Below the pieces are notes generated by a model. The model did no database searches, had not been told where the DNA came from, and saw only the letters and a program-made list of their open reading frames with translations. Source: a virus (lineage: Duplodnaviria > Heunggongvirae > Uroviricota > Caudoviricetes). Taken from it: a stretch of 23,561 nt of DNA. The position numbers and the translations under genes were made by a program. Position 1 is the first letter of the stretch. Every line of letters begins with the position of its first letter. Below are positions 1 through 10,321 of this stretch, in pieces. The stretch is taken from IMG/VR virus record IMGVR_UViG_2721755727_000003, one strand, 5' to 3'.

Positions 1-234
1 ATGAAATCAAAAGACACCCTAAAGTGGTTCCCTGCGCAGCTTCCTGAAGTAAGAATTATCCTAGGGGATGCTGTAGTGGAAGTAGCAAAACAGGGAAGAC
101 CTATCAATACCAGAACATTGCTTGATTACATTGAAGGAAACATAAAGAAAACATCATGGCTGGATAACAAAGAATTATTACAAACAGCGATATCAGTTCT
201 TAAAGACAACCAAAATTTAAATGGTAAAATGTAA
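1..234 (+). CDS. ynaE: Small Rac prophage protein (YdfK/YnaE family, 77 aa); the ATG is the first base of the window
   Basis: 77-aa ORF from the six-frame track; the protein is recognised from memory as the YnaE/YdfK cold-shock-associated paralogue pair. The position upstream of pinR on the same strand matches Rac gene order. Confidence 0.55.
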   Translation: MKSKDTLKWFPAQLPEVRIILGDAVVEVAKQGRPINTRTLLDYIEGNIKKTSWLDNKELLQTAISVLKDNQNLNGKM

Positions 235-550
235 TATAATAAACTTACTTTTTTATCATTTTTCCACTTTAACAACATTTTGCTCCACTTTTCCACGACC
301 AAACAACTTGAAATCTGGTTAAAATAACACGCAACACTATTCTTCTTCCTTGAGTCCGCCCGGAACTCGAAAAACAAACCGAGTTAAAGCCATTTTTCAC
401 AAAATCGATTTTGGGTCTCACCAAAATTACGGGGTTGCATACGCATTCGTTTATTTTCGAACGTGTACATACAAATATGCACAAAAATAATCATAATTAT
501 TTTCTGAGATGCATTATGATATGAACACCAATTTCGTATAGAGTCTCACT

Positions 551-1141
551 ATGTCTCGAATTTTTGCTTACTGTCGGATATCAACGCTGGATCAGACCAC
601 CGAAAATCAACGCCGGGAAATCGAAAGTGCAGGTTTTAAAATCAAACCTCAGCAAATAATCGAAGAACACATTAGCGGCTCAGCAGCAACCAGTGAGCGT
701 CCTGGTTTTAACCGGTTGCTTGCTCGCCTGAAATGTGGTGATCAATTGATTGTGACAAAACTGGATCGCCTTGGTTGTAATGCAATGGATATCAGGAAAA
801 CAGTGGAACAACTGACCGAAACAGGTATCAGAGTGCATTGCTTAGCATTGGGTGGCATTGACCTGACCAGTCCAACAGGAAAAATGATGATGCAAGTAAT
901 TTCAGCAGTCGCTGAATTTGAACGAGACCTTTTACTTGAACGCACTCATTCCGGGATAGTAAGAGCCCGCGGCGCAGGGAAACGTTTTGGTCGACCTCCT
1001 GTGTTAAATGAAGAACAGAAACAGGTGGTATTCGAACGAATTAAGTCAGGTGTAAGTATAAGTGCCATTGCCCGGGAATTCAAAACCTCGCGGCAAACCA
1101 TTTTAAGAGCCAAAGCAAAACTTCAGACACCTGACATATAA
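551..1141 (+). CDS. pinR: Serine recombinase, DNA invertase (Pin/Gin/Hin family), 196 aa
   Basis: N-terminal catalytic serine motif (YCRISTLDQ), resolvase-type fold, C-terminal HTH; ATG at 551; length matches PinR. Confidence 0.93.
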
Positions 1142-1238
1142 AAAATAATCTCGGTGTGAGATGCTTTACGTCTTCCAAGCCCCCTTCCTTGCCGTAAATG
1201 GAAAGATACATCTAATTATAGAATTTATATGTTTTACC

Positions 1239-1814
1239 CTACGGCAGTGCTGGCCATTCAATATCCTGTGCAGTTGACGTATCAACACGGTTCAGCAATA
1301 CCCGATACTTTTTCCATGCTTCCAGCAACGAGATTTCTTCCTCCGTTGCAATTTCCAGATCTGCAGCATCCTGAAGCGGCGCAATATGCTCACTGGCTAC
1401 CTGCATCAGGTTGTTTTTTGTTTCTTCCGCCTCCCGGATCCGGAACAGTTTTTCTGCTTCCGTATCCTTCACCCAGGCTGTGCCGTTCCACTTCTGAAAC
1501 TCCCCTTCCGGCGATAACCAGGTAACATTTTCCGGTAACGGACCGAGTTCAGAAATAAATAACGCGTTGCCGGAAGCCACGTCATAAACCGTTTTACCCC
1601 GATGATCTTCAACGAGATGCCACGATGACTCATCACTGTTGAAAACAGCCACGAAGCCAGCCGGAATATCTGGCGGTGCAATATCGGTACTGTTTGCTGG
1701 CAGACCTGTATGAGGCGGAATATATGCATCACCTTCACCAATAAATTCATTAGTTCCGGCCAGCAGATTATAAATTTTTATGGTCCGTGGTTGTTCACTC
1801 ATTCTGAATGCCAT
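1239..1814 (-). CDS. tfaR: Tail fibre assembly protein, 191 aa
   Basis: Tfa-family sequence ([20 protein letters not shown]...). The ATG (complement of 1812-1814) overlaps the stfR stop codon (complement of 1814-1816). Confidence 0.9.
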   Translation of the reverse strand: MAFRMSEQPRTIKIYNLLAGTNEFIGEGDAYIPPHTGLPANSTDIAPPDIPAGFVAVFNSDESSWHLVEDHRGKTVYDVASGNALFISELGPLPENVTWLSPEGEFQKWNGTAWVKDTEAEKLFRIREAEETKNNLMQVASEHIAPLQDAADLEIATEEEISLLEAWKKYRVLLNRVDTSTAQDIEWPALP

Positions 1815-3163
1815 TATGCAAGCCTCACAATATAGTTAAATGCGATGTTTTTGACGGTGTTTTCCGCGTTACCAGCAGCGTTAACGGTGATGGTGTGTCC
1901 ATGTGAACCAATCGCAACGGAGTGCGTATGAGCACCAATACCGACAGTATGCGCGTGTGCACCTGCGCTTGCAGCAGTGCCGGACAGTGAGTGGGTATGT
2001 GCGCCAGCAGATGATGTTGCATAGTTTTGATTATGCACAACAGACAATCTTGTTGATGCACTACCAGCACCGGAGTTAGCACTAGCCGTGTTCACGTTGG
2101 CTAGTGAGTGTGTGTGTGCTCCAGCCGAGTTTGTAGAGCCGCTCACACTGTGTGTATGTGCCCCGGTGTTATTCGTGGATTTAGTGCCGTAATCAAACGA
2201 CGATGTGGTTTTCGTCCCCAAATCTGTACTGGATGCGCTGGCGCTGTGGGTATGCGATTTAATGCCGTCCTGTTCCTGAGACAATACGGCCCGACCACTG
2301 GCAGGTTTGCCCTTAATCGTCCAGCCACGCATATCAGGGATCACGCCTGACGGATAAGCGGCTGCAAGTTTCGGGTAAGCAGATTTGTCAAAAGCCTGCC
2401 CCTGCATCAGGGCATAACCAGACGGAACGGTATCTGATGGCCACGGGATTGGTGCGCCGACTGGGTAGCTTTCTGGTGGAAGATTTTTCGAGGTATAAAC
2501 TTCTGCCCAGTCTTCCTCAAAACCATAACCGTCTCTTGAAGAACGGTAGAACAGACCACCATTTCTGTAATGCGCCTTCATCTGCAGGGTCCGGCAACTT
2601 CCGACTCCGGTATAGAAGTTAACCAGAATATAGCTGTCGCCAGAGCGGGTGACATTGTAAGCGCCAGATTCGGCATTCCATGGAACGCCACCATCCGCAT
2701 CGGCATATGTATCCGTTGCCCTTCTGGCAAAAGCAGCCACATGCGCGGCGGTTAAAGTAATATCTTTGGAACCATCAAACTCAACACCAGAAACCCGTCT
2801 TGGCGTTTGCAGCTTTGTTGCTGTTAATGCATTACCGTTCAGACTTGCGGACAGTTTGGTTCCAATAACCAGTTCGCCGGTTGCGTTATCAATAGCAAAC
2901 GGTCTTAATGTATTCCAGCCACCATAAACATCACCTTGATTGGTAAGCAGCAGGTAAGTTTTAGCGCCATCATTACGCCATAATGCACCATACTCCCCAC
3001 CTATCATTCGAATCTGATTACCACCACGCGCTACAATTTCGTCTGTGGCAAAAAGTTTTTTGCACGACAAGTTATCGTTAACGATTAACGAATGAGACTC
3101 ATAAAAACCACGCCCACTCTTAAAATCAAGGATAACGTCCGCCGCGATACATTCAGTCGCCGG
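1814..3163 (-). pseudogene. stfR: Side tail fibre gene, 3' segment (about 447 codons), separated from its 5' segment by an IS2 insertion
   Basis: The track ORF 1814..3298 runs 47 codons into IS2. The remaining reading frame joins exactly in phase with the 5' segment once the IS2 and one copy of the 5-bp duplication are removed. C-terminal GAHTHS-type histidine repeats are typical of tail fibre tips. Confidence 0.85.
3159..3163. repeat. IS2 target-site duplication, left copy (GCCGG)
   Basis: GCCGG lies immediately before the IS2 left end and is repeated at 4495..4499 immediately after the right end. Confidence 0.85.
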
Positions 3164-3254
3164 TAGACTGGCCCCCTGAATCTCCAGACAACCAATATCA
3201 CTTAAATAAGTGATAGTCTTAATACTAGTTTTTAGACTAGTCATTGGAGAACAG

Positions 3255-3620
3255 ATGATTGATGTCTTAGGGCCGGAGAAACGCAGACGGCGTACCACAC
3301 AGGAAAAGATCGCAATTGTTCAGCAGAGCTTTGAACCGGGGATGACGGTCTCCCTCGTTGCCCGGCAACATGGTGTAGCAGCCAGCCAGTTATTTCTCTG
3401 GCGTAAGCAATACCAGGAAGGAAGTCTTACTGCTGTCGCCGCCGGAGAACAGGTTGTTCCTGCCTCTGAACTTGCTGCCGCCATGAAGCAGATTAAAGAA
3501 CTCCAGCGCCTGCTCGGCAAGAAAACGATGGAAAATGAACTCCTCAAAGAAGCCGTTGAATATGGACGGGCAAAAAAGTGGATAGCGCACGCGCCCTTAT
3601 TGCCCGGGGATGGGGAGTAA
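3255..3620 (+). CDS. insC: IS2 OrfA (InsC), 121 aa, HTH transposase-regulator
   Basis: ATG at 3255 (the track ORF starts further upstream at 3210 on an alternative start). Protein [24 protein letters not shown]... recognised as IS2 InsC. Confidence 0.88.
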
Positions 3621-4483
3621 GCTTAGTCAGCCGTTGTCTCCGGGTGTCGCGTGCGCAGTTGCACGTCATTCTCAGACGAACCGATGACTGGATGGATGGC
3701 CGCCGCAGTCGTCACACTGATGATACGGATGTGCTTCTCCGTATACACCATGTTATCGGAGAGCTGCCAACGTATGGTTATCGTCGGGTATGGGCGCTGC
3801 TTCGCAGACAGGCAGAACTTGATGGTATGCCTGCGATCAATGCCAAACGTGTTTACCGGATCATGCGCCAGAATGCGCTGTTGCTTGAGCGAAAACCTGC
3901 TGTACCGCCATCGAAACGGGCACATACAGGCAGAGTGGCCGTGAAAGAAAGCAATCAGCGATGGTGCTCTGACGGGTTCGAGTTCTGCTGTGATAACGGA
4001 GAGAGACTGCGTGTCACGTTCGCGCTGGACTGCTGTGATCGTGAGGCACTGCACTGGGCGGTCACTACCGGCGGCTTCAACAGTGAAACAGTACAGGACG
4101 TCATGCTGGGAGCGGTGGAACGCCGCTTCGGCAACGATCTTCCGTCGTCTCCAGTGGAGTGGCTGACGGATAATGGTTCATGCTACCGGGCTAATGAAAC
4201 ACGCCAGTTCGCCCGGATGTTGGGACTTGAACCGAAGAACACGGCGGTGCGGAGTCCGGAGAGTAACGGAATAGCAGAGAGCTTCGTGAAAACGATAAAG
4301 CGTGACTACATCAGTATCATGCCCAAACCAGACGGGTTAACGGCAGCAAAGAACCTTGCAGAGGCGTTCGAGCATTATAACGAATGGCATCCGCATAGTG
4401 CGCTGGGTTATCGCTCGCCACGGGAATATCTGCGGCAGCGGGCTTGTAATGGGTTAAGTGATAACAGATGTCTGGAAATATAG
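3578..4483 (+). CDS. insD: IS2 OrfB (InsD) transposase catalytic domain, 301 aa; normally expressed as an OrfAB fusion by -1 frameshifting
   Basis: DDE-type integrase-core sequence; the GTG at 3578 overlaps the A_AAA_AAG slippery site of insC. Confidence 0.88.
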
Positions 4484-4494
4484 GGGCAAATCCA

Positions 4495-4499
4495 GCCGG
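4495..4499. repeat. IS2 target-site duplication, right copy (GCCGG)
   Basis: Direct repeat of 3159..3163 flanking the IS2. Confidence 0.85.
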
Positions 4500-5107
4500 A
4501 TTTGTTGCCCCAAACTTATAGGTCGTATCATTAACAACGAGATCAGCACCAGGTGCGGATATTGACAGGCCATCTTCAATAAACGCAAAAACAGGGAAAG
4601 CAGCGCCATCAACATAGAACACAGAGCGCAAATCATCGCCCTTATTACTCATCATTATTGAGTGAATGGCTCGTTCATTGTTTTGATATTGCCAGAACAT
4701 GCCATAAGCATAACGCCCCCTGTCAGTCCAGCCACCAGGCATAACAAATCCGTTAAACTCGCAGTTATTCATCGGATCGCCTGCGGTTCGCGTTGCCGTG
4801 GTGATAATGACTCTTGATGCCAGTTCGCTTACTGAGCCAGCAGAACGCATAACAACAACAGGGTAATATTTTCCAGATGTTGCACCTGCAGGAGCGTTAA
4901 CCCGCACATAACGCATACCACGCTTATCAGCAAAGTCTGTTTTACTGACCGCGTTAATGTTGTTCAGGAAGCATCCCTTATCGGGTATATCAGCGCCGTT
5001 CTGGTCTTTCTGCAGACGTTTCTCTGCATTGTCATAGGCTGATTTTACTGCCTTTGGCGTTGCCGCCAGCGTTTCAGACGTACTGTTGGTCGCACTGCTG
5101 AGCTGTA

Positions 5108-6118
5108 CTATCCCCTTTTTCGTCGTACTTGCATCCTCAAGCGCCACGGCGGATGCAATATCCTCTGCCCGTTTAGCTGCTGTCTCGGCGCGCGTTGCCG
5201 CGGATTCCGCCGTACTTTTGCTCTGAGCTGCCGCCGTCGCACTGCCAGCAGCCTCTGTCGCCTTCGTGGATGCCGTCGTGGCGCTGCTCTTCGCTGCTGA
5301 CGCTTGTCTGGTCGCCTCATCTTTTGAAGCAGACGCCGATGATGCCGATGACGCCGCCGAACTGGCTGACGATGCGGCAGCCGTTTTTGAGGATTCTGCG
5401 CTTGTTTCCGACGCTTTCGCGTTCGTTTCGGATGTCTTCGCTGCGGAAGCAGACCTCGCTGCTGCGCTGGCCTGTTCAGTGGCTTCGCCAGCCTTCGTTG
5501 TGGCTGTTGAAGCAGACGATGCGGCGCTTTCTGCCGATTTTCCGGCGGCGGTGGCACTGGCTGAGGCCTGCCCGGCACTTGTTGACGCTGCACTGGCAGA
5601 CGACGCAGCCGCTGTTTTTGAGCCTGCCGCAGCCGAGGCGCTCTGTCCCGCTGCCGTTTCAGAAGACCTGGCGTTCGTCTCGGACGTTTTTGCCGCCTTC
5701 GCGGAATTTCCTGCCGCCGTTGCCGAGGAAGCTGCACTACTGGCGCTTGATGATGCGTTCGTTTCTGATGATTTTGCCGCTTCTTTTGAGGCCGCCGCAT
5801 CCCGGGCCGAGGTCGCAGCTTCTGATGCCTTCGTGGTCGCGGTGGATGCAGATGTGGCTGCTGATTGTAGTGACGCTGAAGCATTCGTTTCTGACGTTTT
5901 CGCCGCACCGGCACTGGTGGCCGCCGCGCTTTTTGAGGACTCTGCAGCGGCAGCACTTTTTGATGCTTCAGTGGCCTTTGTTGATGCCGTTCCTGCGCTG
6001 GAAGACGCTGACTGAGCCGACGACGCGGCCTGTCCGGCTGACGTGCTGGCTGCGCGTGCTGAGTCCGCAGCATCAGCCGCATGGGTTGCCGCCTCACGGG
6101 CTGATGTGCTGGCATCAC
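5108..6118. repeat. Low-complexity Ala/Ser/Thr-rich coding repeats within stfR
   Basis: Reiterated GCN/TCN/ACN codon blocks. These produce the long alternative-frame ORFs in the six-frame track (5108..6118 -, 5195..6289 +, 5266..6015 +). Confidence 0.7.
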
Positions 6119-6523
6119 TGGCTGACTTCTTCGCGGCTGCCGTGTTCTGTGCCACCGCGGACGCGTTACGCGCCACCTCTTCCACCATCAGTTCAAAACG
6201 GCGCAGTGCCTCCGGACGGGCATCATCCTCCGTCATGGCACCGAGAAAATCATTCAGCGTACCGGGTTGAGAATCTTCATACACGGTAATGGTCCCGGCA
6301 TGTGACGGCGGGAATCCTTCCACCAACAGAATAACGCTGTACTGACCGTACTCAACGTCCATGCTGTAACGCCCGGCTTCATCCGGATTTTCTGAGGCCA
6401 GCGTGTTCACCACCACCGTGGTGCTGTTACGTTTTGCTTTCAGCTGGATTGTGCAGTTCTGTACCGGTTTTCCTGTGCCGTCTTTCAGTACACCTGAAAT
6501 CTTTACTGCCATATTCACCCCAC

Positions 6524-6549
6524 AAAAAAGCCCGCCTGAACCGGCGGGC
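6524..6549 (-). terminator. Intrinsic terminator candidate between lomR and stfR
   Basis: Minus strand reads a GC-rich hairpin (AGCCCGCC / GGCGGGCT stem, 6-nt loop) followed directly by TTTTTTGTG; it lies just downstream of the lomR stop. Confidence 0.55.
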
Positions 6550-6576
6550 TGTCATAACACTGTGTTACCTGGCTAA

Positions 6577-6766
6577 TCAGAACTTATAACCGACACCCAC
6601 GATGAAACCGTCAGTGCGCCAGTCGCCACTGCCGGGGCCTTCATAAGCAATATCAATGGCCACGGATTCGGTCGGGTTAAACTGCACGCCAGCTCCCCAC
6701 GCCAGAGACGTGTTGCTGTGGCGACCGTCATCACTTCCGGTCAGCACGTCGTGCGTTTTCCCCTTG
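6577..6766 (-). pseudogene. lomR: lom-family outer membrane protein gene, 3' fragment (GKTHDVLTGSDDGRHS...GVGYKF)
   Basis: C-terminus matches lambda Lom, ending in the beta-barrel terminal F. The track ORF 6577..7038 continues upstream into IS5 sequence. Confidence 0.85.
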
Positions 6767-7962
<1,196 letters not shown>

Positions 7963-8172
7963 CTTGTTGTCAGTTACGCGGAGATAATCCCCGGAGAAAG
8001 TCGACACACGGCTGTAAGCCATACCCGCCATCGCATACGCGCTGAACCATTCATTCACGCGCACAGACGGCCCCACCATCACGCTGAACCAGCGGTTACG
8101 CACGGAATCTTCATGCCAGCGGGTATCGCTGTAACGGGTAAGCTGGCGATTCTTGTCTCCTGCATAGCTGAA
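7963..8172 (-). pseudogene. lomR: lom-family gene, 5' remnant (frame [70 protein letters not shown]); no start codon, N-terminus removed by a deletion
   Basis: My own translation of the minus strand matches lambda Lom residues and continues in phase with the 3' fragment across the IS5 duplication (..TDNK | GKTHD..). Confidence 0.75.
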
Positions 8173-9107
8173 TGGCCGCCCTGCTGCATTAACACCATAA
8201 ATGGCGACTGACCAGTGGACAACCCAACAACAATATCCGTCATTTGTGCAGGCAACATGCGCATAGCAAAAGCCGTTTGTTTTGCCGACATTCCGGTTTT
8301 GCTTAATTGTGATTGAGTAACCTCAAGCTCACTCCGCATAGCACGAAGTTTTCCAGAAAGCTCCTCATACATTTCAGGAGAAAGCATCCCCTTAGCTTTT
8401 GCTTCATTGAGCTGTTTCTGTTGTTCTACCAGACGATTAAAAGCAGTTCCGACAGGATCAAGTTGAGCAATCAGACGTTGCAAAGCAACAACCTGTTCAT
8501 CATGCGCTTTTGCTGCTTCTCGCTCTGCCTGAGCCTCTCCGGTAAGCTCTCGCCGTGTTTCCTGTATTTTTCGGCTATAATTCTCAAACTGAGAACCATT
8601 TATTTTCCCGGATGCAAACGCAGCATTAAGTTCATCATGCTGTTGTTCAAGATTTCTTAGCGCCGCAGCCAGAGGGTCGATCTTGTCCAGCATTCTTTGA
8701 AAGGCCTGAGCCTGCGCTTCCTGCTGAGCGGCAGCAAGTTTTCCGGCCTTCTCGGCTTCTCTCTGCGCTTGCGCAACCCCGCTCAATTCCTCTGTGGTTT
8801 CATTAAGTTTACGGACAAGAAATTCATATTCTTCTTTATCAATAAGCCCTTTATCGAAAAATTTCTTTAATTCAGAATAGCGTCGACCGACAGTATCAAT
8901 TGCGGCACCAACTGGATCAATAGCTGCTTTTAATTTTGCGAGCGCGTTCTTCTCATCTTCTGTTGCCTTAGTCACTTTCCCTGCGCTATTTGCAGCAGTT
9001 TCCCCAGCCTGCGTCATTTTGACTAATGAGGAGGTCAGATTGTCAGCATTATTTTTCGCTCCAGTGCTATCAATAATTATTGCGAGACGCGAGGTTTGCT
9101 CTGCCAT
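8079..9107 (-). CDS. tmpR: Truncated tail tape-measure protein (lambda H-like N-terminal portion); the last ~31 codons are an out-of-frame read-through into the lom remnant
   Basis: Coiled-coil-rich N-terminus and the motif [31 protein letters not shown] resembling lambda gpH; ATG is the complement of 9105-9107, preceded by AGGAG. Confidence 0.75.
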
Positions 9108-9122
9108 TTATTAAAACTCCTG

Positions 9123-9152
9123 ACAACAAAAAACCCACCGCGAAGTGGGTTT
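9123..9152 (-). terminator. Intrinsic terminator candidate immediately upstream of tmpR
   Basis: Minus strand reads AAACCCAC-TTCGCG-GTGGGTTT followed by TTTGTTGTC, ending about 15 nt before the tmpR RBS. Confidence 0.55.
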
Positions 9153-9272
9153 CAGGCGACATAATAGTAGATATAGCGATTACGAGGCCACGCAATGCTT
9201 TTCTCCAGGAGCATCATCGATTTAATTAAAGACACCATCACATCTCTGTAACAGAGTGTACGTAATTAACAA

Positions 9273-9593
9273 CTACACACACTGCTCCTGAAAATACTGG
9301 TCATCCAGTGCAAAGATCACTGCTTCAAATTCATCGCGCTCAATCAATACCGGATGAGTGGCTAAATATTCATTTATCTCTGTCAGAGATAAAGGCAAAG
9401 GCACCCCAGCCATTCCAGCATAACGTCGGGCACGGGATATTACCGAATAGGCGTACAACAACTCCTTAAGCACCGGGTCTATTTCTGGTTCCGGTATCGG
9501 TGGCAACCTGAGTTTTTCTCGCTTCCATCTTGCCTTTTCCCCCCTTTCTCCCCCGAACTCCGATAACCACCGCTGGGCAGCTATGGCTTTTTT
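9273..9593 (-). CDS. -1 frame extension downstream of ydaY (about 104 codons after the slip site); candidate T-part of a G/GT-type tail assembly chaperone fusion
   Basis: Frame is open from 9617 to the stop at 9273-9275 and has no in-frame ATG or GTG before the TTG at 9506. It is entered from the ydaY frame by a -1 shift at A_AAA_AAG (9593..9587, minus strand). It lies directly upstream of the tape-measure gene. Confidence 0.4.
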   Translation of the reverse strand, partial: KKAIAAQRWLSEFGGERGEKARWKREKLRLPPIPEPEIDPVLKELLYAYSVISRARRYAGMAGVPLPLSLTEINEYLATHPVLIERDEFEAVIFALDDQYFQEQCV

Positions 9594-9940
9594 ATCGTAT
9601 CCTGCTTCTGCTGCTCTTTACCCTGGGCGATGCTGGCTGCTTCTGCAAGGATCTGCCAGTACAACTCTGGATTCTGCTTAAGCAGCGCGATCCCTCGTTC
9701 TGCCGTATATTCCAGTGCAACCTCAACACCATTAACCAGTTCACCAACCCCTTTCCAGTCTTTCAGCAGATAACGAGCGGCATTATCAATGAGTAAATCA
9801 TCAACAGAATCCACCTCGGAAACCTTTGAAATATCAAACTCCTTCGTTCCGACGTGCAAACTGGCATCCATTTTCTCAATGTGGCGACGGATTAATGCAT
9901 TACGGGAGCGATACTGATCGTTATCGCTGCTTCTGCTCAT
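9581..9940 (-). CDS. ydaY: Rac prophage protein YdaY (119 aa in the zero frame); candidate G-like tail assembly chaperone
   Basis: ATG is the complement of 9938-9940; the ORF ends ..QDTIKKP with the slippery heptamer three codons before the stop. The start overlaps the ynaK 3' end by 20 bp. Confidence 0.7.
   Translation of the reverse strand: MSRSSDNDQYRSRNALIRRHIEKMDASLHVGTKEFDISKVSEVDSVDDLLIDNAARYLLKDWKGVGELVNGVEVALEYTAERGIALLKQNPELYWQILAEAASIAQGKEQQKQDTIKKP
9587..9593 (-). other. Candidate programmed -1 ribosomal frameshift site (A_AAA_AAG) with an SD-like AGGA 6 nt upstream
   Basis: Minus strand reads GCAGAAGCAGGATACGAT-AAAAAAG-CCATAG. The heptamer is in the zero frame of ydaY (AAA AAG codons) and is identical to the known IS2 slippery site at 3572..3578 in this same window. 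Confidence 0.45.
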
Positions 9941-10184
9941 CCGTCAGGCCAGACAGAACAATGACCGGAACAGAATCCATTTTGAGCATTTCAGCCGCCA
10001 TAACACGACCGTGACCCGCAATAATTTCGCCCTTTTCGTCAATCAGCACCGGATTAGTCCAGCCGAATTGCTTAATACTTTCTACCAGTTGTGCCACCTG
10101 CTCAGTACTGTGCGTCCTGGCGTTGTGCGCATACGGTGACAATTCTTGTAATGGGCGATAGACTATCTTTAATTTCTCGCTCAT
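9921..10184 (-). CDS. ynaK: ParB-like nuclease domain protein, 87 aa
   Basis: Protein MSEKLKIVYRPLQELSPYAHNARTHSTEQ... with ParB/Srx-type N-terminal motif; ATG is the complement of 10182-10184. Confidence 0.8.
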   Translation of the reverse strand: MSEKLKIVYRPLQELSPYAHNARTHSTEQVAQLVESIKQFGWTNPVLIDEKGEIIAGHGRVMAAEMLKMDSVPVIVLSGLTDEQKQR

Positions 10185-10321
10185 ACAGCCTTGCTTTATG
10201 AATAAAACGCACCCCAGCAGCCAGTGCTACTGGGGACGGAGGTGTTGCTGGTAAAGTTAGGTATTGGATCAATGAGTGAGTCAACATAATATTAAACTCA
10301 CAATTATAAATCAGCCATATA

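Larger units (their letters stand above)
3164..4494 (+). mobile_element. IS2 insertion sequence (IS3 family), 1331 bp, inserted in stfR
   Basis: Left end TAGACTGGCCCCCTGAATCTCCAGACA..., right end ...GTCTGGAAATATAGGGGCAAATCCA (imperfect terminal inverted repeats). Length by coordinates is 1331 bp. Contains insC/insD with the A_AAA_AAG frameshift site at 3572..3578. Confidence 0.93.
4495..6512 (-). pseudogene. stfR: Side tail fibre gene, 5' segment (about 674 codons), interrupted by IS2
   Basis: N-terminus MAVKISGVLKDGTGKPVQNCTIQLKA is a lambda-Stf-like start; ATG is the complement of 6510-6512 (the track ORF begins two codons upstream on GTG). Long Ala/Ser/Thr-rich repeat domain. The track ORF continues about 59 codons into IS2. 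Confidence 0.85.

Noticed and set aside
355-385. AAACCGAG-containing sequence upstream of pinR resembling half of an invertase recombination site
   Set aside because: Only one half-site-like arm; the other arm does not match and there is no partner site.
235-550. Small ORFs (83 aa and 71 aa on the minus strand) in the ynaE-pinR intergenic region
   Set aside because: AT-rich intergenic DNA with overlapping ORFs and no RBS; more likely promoter/UTR sequence for pinR.
1142-1238. Possible Pin crossover site (gix/cix/hix-like) between pinR and tfaR, including the short palindrome ATCTC-GGTGT-GAGAT at 1148..1162
   Set aside because: I found no 26-bp site with the AAACC..GGTTT symmetric half-sites and no matching inverted partner inside stfR or tfaR. 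The palindrome is only 5 bp and AT-rich; it could be a weak terminator for tfaR, but support is too thin to call.
5108-6118. Repetitive DNA that might be mistaken for a CRISPR array or other tandem array
   Set aside because: The repeats are short, degenerate, in-frame codon repeats inside stfR, with no constant-length repeat-spacer structure.
5108-6289. Long ORFs in alternative frames and on the opposite strand within the stfR repeat region (5108..6118 -, 5195..6289 +, 5266..6015 +, 6043..6270 +)
   Set aside because: They arise from reiterated GCN/TCN codons with no stops; their arginine/proline-rich or alanine-only translations are frame artefacts inside a recognisable tail fibre gene.
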